Assembly (NCBI GenBank): GCA_024231215.1 | Contig: JAAEQR010000195.1 | Span: 298,488-362,487, forward strand | Source of the DNA: PVC group bacterium | Lineage (GTDB): Bacteria > Omnitrophota > Gorgyraeia > B26-G9 | Direction: 5' to 3' | Length of the DNA stretch: 64,000 bases | Part shown: positions 29,577-39,348 of the stretch, one piece after another | Numbering within the stretch: the first letter of the stretch is position 1 | Layout: each line of letters starts with the position of its first letter | The notes under the pieces: generated by a model | The model's input: only the letters and a program-made list of their open reading frames with translations | Database searches by the model: none | Told to the model about the DNA's origin: nothing | Made by a program: the position numbers and the translations under genes

Positions 29577-30713
29577 ATGGTTTCGATTCATAAAACACCG
29601 GATGTTACGGAAAAATTAAAGATATTATCAAAAGATTCTCAATATGATCTTGCTTGTGCCTGTGGGACCAATGAGGCTGATCGCAGGCACCGTTCCCAGG
29701 ATGGTAAATGGATTTATCCTGTTTCACTTCCCAACGGCGGGCAAACGATTCTATTTAAGACCTTGCTGTCTAATCATTGTACTAATAACTGTAAATATTG
29801 TCCTCTGCGTGTAAATCAAGATGCCCAGCGGTGCACGCTAAATGTAGAGGAGACTGTAAAAACATTTCTGTCTTATTATGAAAGCCGGGAAGTTTTCGGA
29901 TTATTCCTGAGTAGTGGGGTTATTGGAACTCCGGATAATACCATGGCAAGAATAAACGCAGTTGCCCGTGCTTTGCGGCAAAGAAGGTTTCGGGGCTATA
30001 TGCATCTTAAAGTGATCCCCGGGGCATCTGATGCGGCAATAACAGAAACGGTATCTCTTGCCAGTGCGGTGTCTATTAATATTGAAACAGCGGGCGAAGA
30101 AAATTTCAAACGTCTTTGTACAAGTAAAAAATATATGGATGATATTATTCGGCCTTTAAAATTGATCAGCCAACTTACAGCAAAAGGCACAGTTTATTCC
30201 GGAGTTAAGCAGACAACCCAGTTTATCGTTGGAGCATCCCAAGAGACAGATCAGGAGATAGTTAAATATTCCGGCGCATTATATAAGAATCTAGGCTTAA
30301 GCAGAGTTTATTTTAATGCGTATCAACGGGGATTAGGAGCAACGGATCTTCCCGGGGAAAATTCAGTAAAGACTAGTGCCGATATAATAACGCGTGAACA
30401 TAGATTGTATCAGAGTGACTGGTTGGTTAGAAAATATGGGTTTAAAGCAGATGAAATTCCTTTTGGAAATGATGGTAATTTATCGCTGGAGATAGATCCC
30501 AAAGAGATGTGGGCAAAGCAACATCCTGAGTTTTTCCCGGTTAATGTTAACCTAGCGGATAAATATAGACTTTTACGTGTGCCTGGGTTGGGAGAAATTA
30601 CGATTAAGCAGATTTTTATGCGCAGAAAATGTGGACAAAGATTGCGGTCGCTAAATGATATTGGAAAGATCGGCAAGCTTCTCAAGAAAGCAGAAAAATA
30701 TATAACCTTCTAA
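29577..30713 (+). CDS. Putative DNA modification/repair radical SAM protein (TIGR03916-like)
   Basis: YDLACAC, CTNNCKYC, GLFLSSG, REHRLYQSDWL, LLRVPGLG helix-hairpin-helix. Confidence 0.88.
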   Translation: MVSIHKTPDVTEKLKILSKDSQYDLACACGTNEADRRHRSQDGKWIYPVSLPNGGQTILFKTLLSNHCTNNCKYCPLRVNQDAQRCTLNVEETVKTFLSYYESREVFGLFLSSGVIGTPDNTMARINAVARALRQRRFRGYMHLKVIPGASDAAITETVSLASAVSINIETAGEENFKRLCTSKKYMDDIIRPLKLISQLTAKGTVYSGVKQTTQFIVGASQETDQEIVKYSGALYKNLGLSRVYFNAYQRGLGATDLPGENSVKTSADIITREHRLYQSDWLVRKYGFKADEIPFGNDGNLSLEIDPKEMWAKQHPEFFPVNVNLADKYRLLRVPGLGEITIKQIFMRRKCGQRLRSLNDIGKIGKLLKKAEKYITF

Positions 30714-31277
30714 TTATGAAGATCTATTTATCAGTGCTAGGAATTCAGCGCGTGTTGCTGCTGAATCATGAAAACAGCCTAATACCGAAGAAGTTGTCAT
30801 TGTTGCGTTTTGTTTTTCTACGCCGCGCATCATTTTACAAAGATGTTTGCATTCCATAACAACTCCGACTCCTTGTGCGTCTACTGCACTCATTATTTCT
30901 TTGGCGACTTGAGCTGTCAGGCGTTCCTGTATTTGAAGTCTTTGGGCAAACACATCAACTATACGGCAGAGTTTGCTTACGCCTAATACTTTATGGGTTG
31001 GGATATAGCCGATGTGACAGCGGCCGTAAAAGGGAAGCATATGATGTTCACATAGGCTGTATACTTCGATGTCTCGGACAATGATCATATTGTTTACTTC
31101 AGACTGGAAAATTGCGTTATTTATGACCTCTTCTGGTGTTTTATTATAGCCTTGGGTCAGAAATTGCAGTGATTTTACTACCCGTTCCGGGGTCTTTAAA
31201 AGGCCTTCCCGCTCTGGATCTTCGCCTATTTCTACTAATAATTCCCTGATTAATTGTTTTACTTTGGTTTCGTTCAT
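30714..31277 (-). CDS. folE: GTP cyclohydrolase I
   Basis: REGL..TPERV, SLCEHHMLPF, RLQIQERLT, HLC.MMRGV. Confidence 0.97.
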   Translation of the reverse strand: MNETKVKQLIRELLVEIGEDPEREGLLKTPERVVKSLQFLTQGYNKTPEEVINNAIFQSEVNNMIIVRDIEVYSLCEHHMLPFYGRCHIGYIPTHKVLGVSKLCRIVDVFAQRLQIQERLTAQVAKEIMSAVDAQGVGVVMECKHLCKMMRGVEKQNATMTTSSVLGCFHDSAATRAEFLALINRSS

Positions 31278-31480
31278 CTTGCTGATCTCCAGTCTTAGGC
31301 TCTTAATATATTGTTATTGTTCAACTTATGTTATTTTAAAAGCTGTTCATATGGGTATATAATAGCACTAATTAGCTGGTTTGAAAAGCTTATTTTTATT
31401 TGCAAACATTGAGGTTATGTGGTAAACTTTATCGATTTTGGTATATTTACTATATTAAATACATAAATATATAGGATATA

Positions 31481-34400
31481 ATGAATAAGAAAACAATATT
31501 AAAAACAACAACTTTTGTTTTAATCCAGATATTTCTATTAGTAGACTTATCTTGGGGTAGCGGAATGCTTTTTTCTTCCCAAAAACAGGATAAAACTTGC
31601 CTATCTCCTGCCGTACAGATTAACAACCAGATATTTGTTGATACATTTAATCAAAAAACCAGTGGGTTGAAAACAATAAAAAATGTAATAAATTCCAATA
31701 GTGGATTTATAGATTCTAGCGCAGCAAGAAAAGCATCGCGGGGTTGGAAAAAGGCTAGGTTTAATATGCATGGTATGCGTTTAAGTATTACCGCAATTTT
31801 GATTATTGTTCCGATTATGGTTCTTGCCCCAACCCCAGTATATGGGATAATGGCGGGTGTTTTGTTATTTGTGTTTCGTCTCAAAAAGGTGAGGAAGTTT
31901 GTCAGAAGGTTAATAATAAATTTATTTAGAGCTATGCCTCTGACCTTTAGGCGAGTGGTAAAAGATTGTAGTGATGGAAAACTAAAGGTAAAGTTTGATG
32001 CTAGTATGTTCACGCTTATTCCTCGTTTATTGGCAATGTATGTCAATGAAGTTTGGGAATTACAGAAACAAAAGATAAGAGAGGATTCTTTTATCGATAG
32101 CTTGAAGCTTAATACAAAAGATGCTGATTATTTAAAGCAGACAATTGTAGATATGGCTGAGCCGGAAGATGGTAAGCCTATGGTTGGTAGACAAGATGCG
32201 TTGAGAAAGCTGGTTAGCAATTTGTCTTTACCGGATGGAATTAGCCGCAGTGTTCTTTTAACGGGGAAACCAGGTGTTTCAAAGAAAATTGTTGTGAAAA
32301 TCCTGGCTAAGATGTTAAAAGAGAAAAGAAGCTTGCAGGGAGAACTTGCCGAGAGGAGAATATACAGTATAAGCGCGAAAGATTTTGAAGAAAAGCAAGA
32401 TAAGTTGCTTCCTCTTCTGAAAAAGACAAATGGTAAAATCATCTTATTTATAGATAAAATACATACTTTAACTAAGAGGGCAGAGGGTCGGCCTAATTTT
32501 AGCGAAGTTTCTAATTTGAAGAAGTTTTTGAAAAACGGAAAGGTTTGCATTATTGGAGCTACGAGTATTATAGATTGCATTAAATATATTGAGCCTGATG
32601 TAGAGTATTATGATAATTTTTGTGTAGAGACAGTTAAGGAGCCGGGGATAAAAGAGACTAGACAGATAGTTTATGCGTATAGTCAGTGGTTGTGTGAGAA
32701 GAACCCCGGTATGGTTATTACAAAAGAAGCAAGAGATGCTTTGGTAGACCTCCCAGAAAAGCATTGGCCGTTAAAAGCGTTCCCCACAAAATCGATAGAT
32801 TTGTTGGATGAACTGGTTAAACAAGAATTGACAAGAACTAATGACTTATTGATGGAAAAGAAATATTTAAATGATCAGCTCAAGGGGATAATTGAAAGTT
32901 GGGTGAATGACGGTCGGAAGCAGATATTAAGAGAAGAAGATGAGATAAAGTATCATAATGCTTTAGCAAGGCGGATTATTGGTATACATAGAGTAATGTT
33001 ACAGTTAGCAGTAAGAGAAAACAGGAATATTGTAATCGGAGATGGTGCTGTAAAAGAACGGATGAAGAAGAGAACAGGGATATCTACTATAGGTATTTCT
33101 ATAAAAGAAAAGGCCCAGAAGTTGAAGGAGCTTGAAGGTTTTTTAAGTGAGCACTCAGGTCTTGGGCAGCAAGGTGCGATAAATGTTATCGCGGATGTTA
33201 TACGTAAATCTAAACTTAGTTTGAGCTGTTTGGAAGAGGGTTCTGGTGGAGTGGTGTTAATGCTGGGCCCCAGAGGAGTGGGTAAAACTAGTTTAGCTAG
33301 AAGCGTATCAAAATTTTTGCTTGGCAATGAAGAAGCAATGATACATATAGATATGACATATTGGAGTCAACAAAAAGACGCTGGGGCATTAGCTGCATAT
33401 TTATGCACTTTAGTGCGGCATAATCCGTATGCGGTGATATTATTTGACAATATAGATCAGGGAGAAATAAGTATTTTTCAGGTGTTGTTGAGTATATTAA
33501 CCTATAGAGCTTTGTGTGATGAAAAAGGTTCTATAATTAGTTTTAAGGATACGATGATTCTAATGAGTTCTGATATTGGTATGAAAGAAATTGAATCAAA
33601 ATTGAAAGAAGCGAGAAAGGAGTTGACGAAAAACAAAGATAATGAGAAACTTTTTCAGGCGCAGATAGAAGTAGTAAATAAAATAGTAAAAAAAGCAGCG
33701 ATAAAAGCGGCGAAAAATGAATTTACAGCTAATTTTATGCGACTACAAGATGGCTTAGTTGTTTGTAATGTGTTGACTCCAGACAATCTATTGGATATAA
33801 CCAGGGGATTGGTTAAGAAAAAACTAATAGATCCTTTAGCTGAAAAGGAATTTTATCTTGAGATTGAGAAGGAAGAAGTTTATGAGTTTTTAGCTCATAA
33901 AGGATATGATCCTTTAGCCGGAGTTGGTAATGTAGAGGATGTAATTAAAGATAAACTGATTGATCCGTTAATGGCTTATCGGCTTGGTTTGCAAGCCGAA
34001 GGGATAGATGTTATTGGACTTAAGGTATATGTAGGTCTTTTCCATAATAAACTGACGTTTGCTATTGATGATGAGCGTGTGGAAAAGGAAAAGTGGAGGC
34101 CTAAAACAGAAATTATTCAGACTCGGTTAAGGGCATTTAAATCGTTAATAGATTACGAAATAAAAAACCCGCAGCACCAGCGTCAGTACCAGGTAGATGA
34201 CAAAAAAATAGAAAGAATATTAAGTTATTTCCCTCCGCAAAAAGAAGGCAAGTTTTTTCCGCATGCAAAACCTTCTTTTGGACCTGATCGGTGGATCGTT
34301 GTGCGTAAATTTGAAAGTGACGATTCGAATGTGAAAAAATTTAAAGAAAAAATAGGCGAATTGCTTGAAAACGGTAACGGTAGGAAAACATTAGCAGAGC

Positions 34401-34813
34401 TTTGGATTAGGGGATTTGTTCGTTGGACAAAACAGTTTGATATGGGGCCGTCAATTAAGTTAGGATTTAGGCATAAAGATAATAAGCTGATTCTTTTTAT
34501 CCAGCAAAATTCAGGAATTGATTACGGCAAGACAAATACATTGGAAAAATTCCAAGAGATTTTTTCTTTTGATAATAAGGATATTGATAATCAGCCTCAA
34601 AGCGGGGCGACTTTTATTCGACAATGCTTGCGATTATTAAGCAGGCAATCTGACGAGGATCTTAAAATGGGTTATTATAGAAATATATACTGGATTGAGA
34701 TGCCTTTGAAAACTGTTCCTAAACAGTCTTTTTGGGATAATCTCAAAAGTGTAAGTCCATTTCATAAAGGCAAGATTAATTCCTCTGCCTTCATTATCGA
34801 ACAATCTATTTAA
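31481..34813 (+). CDS. Signal-peptide and TM-bearing ClpA/B-like double AAA+ protein with degenerate catalytic motifs
   Basis: P.VGR, GKPGVSKK, LFIDKIHTL, IGATS, FPTKSIDLLDE, GQQGAI, GPRGVGKT, RHNPYAVILFDNID; hydrophobic N-terminus. Confidence 0.8.
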   Translation: MNKKTILKTTTFVLIQIFLLVDLSWGSGMLFSSQKQDKTCLSPAVQINNQIFVDTFNQKTSGLKTIKNVINSNSGFIDSSAARKASRGWKKARFNMHGMRLSITAILIIVPIMVLAPTPVYGIMAGVLLFVFRLKKVRKFVRRLIINLFRAMPLTFRRVVKDCSDGKLKVKFDASMFTLIPRLLAMYVNEVWELQKQKIREDSFIDSLKLNTKDADYLKQTIVDMAEPEDGKPMVGRQDALRKLVSNLSLPDGISRSVLLTGKPGVSKKIVVKILAKMLKEKRSLQGELAERRIYSISAKDFEEKQDKLLPLLKKTNGKIILFIDKIHTLTKRAEGRPNFSEVSNLKKFLKNGKVCIIGATSIIDCIKYIEPDVEYYDNFCVETVKEPGIKETRQIVYAYSQWLCEKNPGMVITKEARDALVDLPEKHWPLKAFPTKSIDLLDELVKQELTRTNDLLMEKKYLNDQLKGIIESWVNDGRKQILREEDEIKYHNALARRIIGIHRVMLQLAVRENRNIVIGDGAVKERMKKRTGISTIGISIKEKAQKLKELEGFLSEHSGLGQQGAINVIADVIRKSKLSLSCLEEGSGGVVLMLGPRGVGKTSLARSVSKFLLGNEEAMIHIDMTYWSQQKDAGALAAYLCTLVRHNPYAVILFDNIDQGEISIFQVLLSILTYRALCDEKGSIISFKDTMILMSSDIGMKEIESKLKEARKELTKNKDNEKLFQAQIEVVNKIVKKAAIKAAKNEFTANFMRLQDGLVVCNVLTPDNLLDITRGLVKKKLIDPLAEKEFYLEIEKEEVYEFLAHKGYDPLAGVGNVEDVIKDKLIDPLMAYRLGLQAEGIDVIGLKVYVGLFHNKLTFAIDDERVEKEKWRPKTEIIQTRLRAFKSLIDYEIKNPQHQRQYQVDDKKIERILSYFPPQKEGKFFPHAKPSFGPDRWIVVRKFESDDSNVKKFKEKIGELLENGNGRKTLAELWIRGFVRWTKQFDMGPSIKLGFRHKDNKLILFIQQNSGIDYGKTNTLEKFQEIFSFDNKDIDNQPQSGATFIRQCLRLLSRQSDEDLKMGYYRNIYWIEMPLKTVPKQSFWDNLKSVSPFHKGKINSSAFIIEQSI

Positions 34814-34901
34814 GAAAATCCTGGAAATCATACCTATAATAATTTATAGTATAATCAATTGAATCTGAAGAACTGGTTATTTGCTAGTATAAGGGAGCAA
34901 T

Positions 34902-35342
34902 ATGAGTAGAAAAGTTTTTTATAGTCTCTTGGTTTGTATTAATTTATTTTTCCTGTCTTCTGCGCTTGCCGACCAGGGTGCGATTACTATGGATGGCCGG
35001 AAGGTTGTTCTAAGAAGCAATGGTACCTGGAGCTATGAGAGTCAGGTTTCAGGAGAATCGGAAATAAGGGAGGTAAATAGAGAGCTAAAAGATTCTTTGC
35101 GTCCATATATCGGAAACCGCCATTCTGTGTTTAAAGTGAAGTTTGATATGATGGTAAATCTTAATAATACTAATTATGAATACAAATATAAACTAATAAT
35201 GCATGGTTTTTATAAAGCATATAAAAATATGACAAAGAAAAGTTTTAATGAGGCAGTGGAAAAAGAATTTACCAAAAGCACAGCGAATAACATAAAAACA
35301 GTTATGCAGCATTGGGATAGCTGGAAACAATATTGTCAGTGA
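34902..35342 (+). CDS. Secreted hypothetical protein (DUF3157-like N-terminus)
   Basis: Signal peptide ending ALA; AITMDGRKVVLRSNGTWSY. Confidence 0.6.
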   Translation: MSRKVFYSLLVCINLFFLSSALADQGAITMDGRKVVLRSNGTWSYESQVSGESEIREVNRELKDSLRPYIGNRHSVFKVKFDMMVNLNNTNYEYKYKLIMHGFYKAYKNMTKKSFNEAVEKEFTKSTANNIKTVMQHWDSWKQYCQ

Positions 35343-35349
35343 GAAAGAT

Positions 35350-35724
35350 ATGAAAAATATATTCATTGTTGGAATCGGCGGATTTATCGGGGCGGTATGT
35401 CGTTATAAACTTGGCGGGTTGATCTTGCATCATTCTTTGAATTGGAAATTTCCGGTTAGTACTTTTTTAATCAACGTTATTGGTTGTCTTATTATGGGGG
35501 TGATTGCCGGAACTGCGGAGCGTTTTCAATGGTTTGGTCCAGGAATTCTTTTACTGCTTATGACTGGAGTTTTGGGTGGATTTACGACTTTTTCTGCGTT
35601 TGGATATGAAACAATATTTTTGATTCGTAAGGGAGAAGTGTTAATTGCTGGTTCGTATGTTGGATTGAGCGTAATTATGGGGCTTATAGCAGTTTTTGTG
35701 GGGATGAAGCTAGGCGGAATATGA
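35350..35724 (+). CDS. crcB: Fluoride efflux channel Fluc/CrcB
   Basis: GGFIGA..RY, IN..GC, GVLGGFTTFSAF. Confidence 0.95.
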   Translation: MKNIFIVGIGGFIGAVCRYKLGGLILHHSLNWKFPVSTFLINVIGCLIMGVIAGTAERFQWFGPGILLLLMTGVLGGFTTFSAFGYETIFLIRKGEVLIAGSYVGLSVIMGLIAVFVGMKLGGI

Positions 35725-35744
35725 GGTAGTTGCCTATTTTTTTC

Positions 35745-35773
35745 TTGACAAATGACACAAGGAGAGTATCATA
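35745..35773 (+). promoter_or_regulatory. Promoter with palindromic operator, probable Rrf2 site
   Basis: TTGACA 35745..35750 directly followed by AATGACAC-N7-GTATCATA; same layout at 50976..51004. Confidence 0.7.
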
Positions 35774-35854
35774 TTAAGATGATTGTTTTCATGGTTATTA
35801 ATATATAGTTTTATTATAATAAAAAGACTTAATAAGGGGAGCCTGATTCAAATA

Positions 35855-36739
35855 ATGAATGAATTTTTGTTAGTTTTAAAACATTATATTATAGAGATAT
35901 TGCCGGCATTGGGTATTGGATTTCTCTTGAGTGGATTAATCCATGAACTGGTGCCTGATAATTGGATAGAGAAGCATTTAGGCAAGAAAGGTATTATTCC
36001 GATTGTTTATGCTACTATTGCGGGGACGATTTTACCTATATGCTGTATCGGATCATTGCCTGTGGCATTGAGTTTTTATAAAAAAGGTTCTAAGCTAGGG
36101 CCAGTCTTAGCTTTTTTAGTAGCAACTCCGGCAACTTCTATAAGCGCACTTTTAGTTACCTATCGGCTTCTAGGCCTGAAATTTACCTTATTTATATTTT
36201 TTGCGGTGATTGCAATGGGGATTCTGATGGGAATTATCGGAAACAGGCTTTCTTTTACGCCGCGTAAAACCAAGGAAGAAGTGTGTTCTCATTGCCAGTC
36301 TGGAACTGAACATACGCATGATAAAACTTTCAGGGGACACATAAAAGCTATTTTGAAATTTTCCTTTTGGGATATGCCGAAAGAGATAGGTTTGGAATTG
36401 ATAGTCGGAATAATCTTAGCGGCAGTTGTGGCTACGTTTGCGCCTATCGGCATCTGGATTAAAAATAATCTGGGAGGATTGTTTGGATATGTCTTTGCGC
36501 TTGTGTTTGGGATTGTGATGTATATCTGTTCAACCGCTACTGTGCCGTTGGTAGATGCTTTTGTGCAGCAGGGATTGAATGTCGGAGCCGGCATGGTTTT
36601 GTTGATCGCTGGACCAATAACCAGTTATGCTACGATACTGGTTTTAAAAAAAGAATTTGGCGCTAAAATATTGAGTATATATTTATTGTTTATATCAGTA
36701 ATGTCATTGCTGTCAGGGTATTTATTTTCTTTACTATGA
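35855..36739 (+). CDS. ArsP/DUF318-family permease with Cys/His-rich loop
   Basis: LPICCIGSLP, FLVATP, CSHC...HTH loop, YICSTA. Confidence 0.85.
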   Translation: MNEFLLVLKHYIIEILPALGIGFLLSGLIHELVPDNWIEKHLGKKGIIPIVYATIAGTILPICCIGSLPVALSFYKKGSKLGPVLAFLVATPATSISALLVTYRLLGLKFTLFIFFAVIAMGILMGIIGNRLSFTPRKTKEEVCSHCQSGTEHTHDKTFRGHIKAILKFSFWDMPKEIGLELIVGIILAAVVATFAPIGIWIKNNLGGLFGYVFALVFGIVMYICSTATVPLVDAFVQQGLNVGAGMVLLIAGPITSYATILVLKKEFGAKILSIYLLFISVMSLLSGYLFSLL

Positions 36740-36752
36740 AAGGATGTGAAAA

Positions 36753-37160
36753 TTGAAATTAATAACCAGAGATGCTGATTACGCGATTCGTGCAGTTTGT
36801 TTTATAGCTAAACAAGGAACTAATAAGGTGTCTGTGGAAGAGTTAGTAAGGGAGATGAAAATGCCCCGGCCTTTTTTACGTAAAGTGCTGCAGATTTTAA
36901 ATAAAAGTAAAATACTTAAGTCATATAAAGGTCAGGGTGGTGGGTTTACTTTGGCCCTTAGCCCGGATAAGATATCATTGCTTGGTTTAATTGAAGTCTT
37001 TCAGGGGAAATTAAAGCTTAACGAATGTACTTTTAAAAAACAGGTTTGTCCTAATATGAGACTTTGCCGGGTTAAGAAAAAAGTTGATAGTATTCAAAAG
37101 TTTGTTGTTTCGGAATTGCAGGGTATTACTGTTGCATCGTTGTTAAAGGAAGGCATGTGA
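36753..37160 (+). CDS. Rrf2 family transcriptional regulator (three Cys, Fe-S type)
   Basis: ADYAIRA, FLRKVLQ.L, S.KG.GGGF.L, C.....C....C. Confidence 0.92.
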   Translation: MKLITRDADYAIRAVCFIAKQGTNKVSVEELVREMKMPRPFLRKVLQILNKSKILKSYKGQGGGFTLALSPDKISLLGLIEVFQGKLKLNECTFKKQVCPNMRLCRVKKKVDSIQKFVVSELQGITVASLLKEGM

Positions 37161-37867
37161 AAGAAATTAAAGGTACGTTAGTTGAAAGAATAAAAAGAAC
37201 TGCTCAAGTTGAAAGTTTTCGTTTTAACTTGCCAGAAGATGTAGAGTTTTTGCCAGGACAGTTTTTGCAGGTAATTTTTGACGAAGAAAACAGGGGAAAC
37301 AAGGTTTTGAATAAATACCTTTCTTTTTCTTCTACTCCTGGTAAAGATTATATTGAAGTGACTAAAAAGCTTTCAGAAAGTGATTTTTCCAGCAGTTTAA
37401 AAAGATTAAAAGAAGGGGATAAGGTTTTGTTTAAGATTCCCCTGGGCAATTGTGTTTTTCTCGAAGATTATAAAAAGATTGGGTTTTTAGTTGGGGGGAT
37501 TGGAATAACTCCGGTTATTTCAATTATAGAATACATATGTGAAAAAGGACTTGATACTGATGTTTGTTTGCTGTATTCTAATAAAACCGAGCAGGAGATA
37601 GCGTTTAAGCAGGAGCTGGATCACTGGCGAAAGAAGAATGAAAACATTAAGATTCTTTATGCTGTTACTAAATGCCAACCTCAAGACGAGGAGTGTGTCT
37701 TTGGGGGCTTAAATAAAGATATAGTATCGGAGAAGATGGCGGATTTCAAGGATCGCAGGATTTTTATATATGGGCCGCCAGGTATGGTTACGGCAATGAA
37801 AGATGTTTGTTCAGAAATTGGATGTGATGAAAAGCAATTAAAAACAGAGAATTTTGTAGGTTATTAA
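37157..37867 (+). CDS. FNR-like FAD/NAD(P)H oxidoreductase
   Basis: FLPGQF, GGIGITP, LLYSN, GPPGM, ENFVGY. Confidence 0.88.
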   Translation: MKEIKGTLVERIKRTAQVESFRFNLPEDVEFLPGQFLQVIFDEENRGNKVLNKYLSFSSTPGKDYIEVTKKLSESDFSSSLKRLKEGDKVLFKIPLGNCVFLEDYKKIGFLVGGIGITPVISIIEYICEKGLDTDVCLLYSNKTEQEIAFKQELDHWRKKNENIKILYAVTKCQPQDEECVFGGLNKDIVSEKMADFKDRRIFIYGPPGMVTAMKDVCSEIGCDEKQLKTENFVGY

Positions 37868-37871
37868 AAAT

Positions 37872-37946
37872 GATTTCGGGCACAAAGAGAGTAGGGGGTA
37901 CCCTACAGTGCCACGGACATAATTCTCCCGCTAGAGGCGGGATAAT
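37872..37946 (+). repeat. Structured intergenic repeat, copy 1 (before rubredoxin)
   Basis: GATTTCGGGCACAAAGAGAGTAGGGGGTACCCTACAGTGCCACGGACATAATT plus TCCCGC-TAGAG-GCGGGA hairpin. Confidence 0.9.
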
Positions 37947-37961
37947 TTAAGGAGAAGAAAA

Positions 37962-38102
37962 ATGAAGAAATATAAATGTTTAGTTTGTGGTTATATTTAT
38001 GATCCGGCGGAAAATGACAATGTGGCGTTTGAAGATTTAGCGGATGATTGGACTTGTCCTGATTGTGGAGTGGGTAAAGATCAGTTTGAAGTAGAGGAAT
38101 AG
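37962..38102 (+). CDS. Rubredoxin (46 aa; absent from supplied ORF track)
   Basis: [46 protein letters not shown]; AAGGAG RBS. Confidence 0.95.
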   Translation: MKKYKCLVCGYIYDPAENDNVAFEDLADDWTCPDCGVGKDQFEVEE

Positions 38103-38116
38103 AGAGGTATATGTAA

Positions 38117-39277
38117 ATGAAAGCAGTTGAGATTAAAAAAGGTGTTTATTGGGTTGGTGGCATTGATTGGGATTTGCGTAATTTTCATGGTTATCTTACT
38201 CAAAGAGGGAGTACGTATAATGCGTATCTTATTATTGATGAGAAGATAACTCTTGTTGATACAGTAAAATACTATATGTTTGATGAAATGTTAGAAAGAA
38301 TAAAAAGTATAGTTGATCCGGCTAAGATTGATTATATTATTTCTAACCACGTGGAAATGGATCATTCTGGAGGTTTGCCGCAGATCGTAAAGATTGCGAA
38401 AAATGCTCAGATTATTACGTCTCCAAACGGGGAAAAAGGTTTAAAGAAACATTATGGTGAAGGGTTTAATCTTAAGGTGGTTAATACTGGCGATTCTTTA
38501 AGCTTGGGAAAGCGCAGTCTTCAATTTGTGTTAACGCAAATGGTTCATTGGCCGGATTCAATGGTGAGCTATATTCCGGAGGAAAAACTGCTTTTATCCA
38601 ACGATGCTTTTGGCCAGCATATTGCATCTTCTGAGCGTTTTGACGATGAATTGGGCTGGGATGTTATTACAGAAGAAGCAGCAAAGTATTATGCAAATAT
38701 AGTATTGCCTTTTGGTAATCAGGTAAAAAAAGCCTTGGAGGCTGTGTCTGGACTAGAGATTGATATGATTGCCCCCAGTCATGGGCTTATCTGGCGTAAA
38801 CATCTGGGGGAAATAATTGAACTTTATAAAGGATGGGCGGATAATAAAACAGAGAATAAAGCGGTTATTGTTTATGATACGATGTGGAAATCTACGGAAA
38901 AGATTGCCAAGGCAATACAAGATGGATTTGAAAATAAGGGGATATCGGTTGCGATGAGAAATCTCCAGACACATCATATTTCAGATATTATGACAGATGT
39001 TTTAACTGCTAAATATATATGTGTGGGGTCACCCACGTTGAATAACGGAATGTTACCTACGGTAGCTGCATTTTTAACTTACATGAAAGGCTTAGCTCCG
39101 AAAAAACGGGTTGGTCTTGCGTTTGGATCGTATGGCTGGGGAGGACAAAGCGTTGGGCAGGTAGAAGAGATATTAAAAACTTGCGGTTTCCAAACAAGTG
39201 AGCCGATCAAATTGCAATATATACCTAATGAGGACGATTTAAATGAAATAAAAGGATTCCGGACACAAAGAAAGTAG
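38117..39277 (+). CDS. fprA: Flavodiiron protein (O2/NO reductase)
   Basis: NHVEMDHSG, HWPDSM, SNDAFGQH, APSHG, flavodoxin domain with FGSYGWGG. Confidence 0.95.
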   Translation: MKAVEIKKGVYWVGGIDWDLRNFHGYLTQRGSTYNAYLIIDEKITLVDTVKYYMFDEMLERIKSIVDPAKIDYIISNHVEMDHSGGLPQIVKIAKNAQIITSPNGEKGLKKHYGEGFNLKVVNTGDSLSLGKRSLQFVLTQMVHWPDSMVSYIPEEKLLLSNDAFGQHIASSERFDDELGWDVITEEAAKYYANIVLPFGNQVKKALEAVSGLEIDMIAPSHGLIWRKHLGEIIELYKGWADNKTENKAVIVYDTMWKSTEKIAKAIQDGFENKGISVAMRNLQTHHISDIMTDVLTAKYICVGSPTLNNGMLPTVAAFLTYMKGLAPKKRVGLAFGSYGWGGQSVGQVEEILKTCGFQTSEPIKLQYIPNEDDLNEIKGFRTQRK

Positions 39278-39334
39278 GGGGTACCCTACAGTGCCACGGA
39301 CATAATTTTCCGCCATGATTAATGGCAAAAAATT
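39255..39334 (+). repeat. Structured repeat, copy 2 (overlaps fprA 3' end, before desulfoferrodoxin)
   Basis: GATTCCGGACACAAAGAAAGTAGGGGGTACCCTACAGTGCCACGGACATAATT plus GCCAT-GATTA-ATGGC hairpin. Confidence 0.9.
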
Positions 39335-39348
39335 AAAGGAGGGATGTT

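Noticed and set aside
29302-29598. 98-aa minus-strand ORF
   Set aside because: Spans the MITE-like element, promoter and palindrome; no recognisable motif; likely spurious
34814-35349. Fluoride riboswitch upstream of crcB
   Set aside because: No fluoride aptamer consensus seen; crcB starts 7 nt after the upstream CDS
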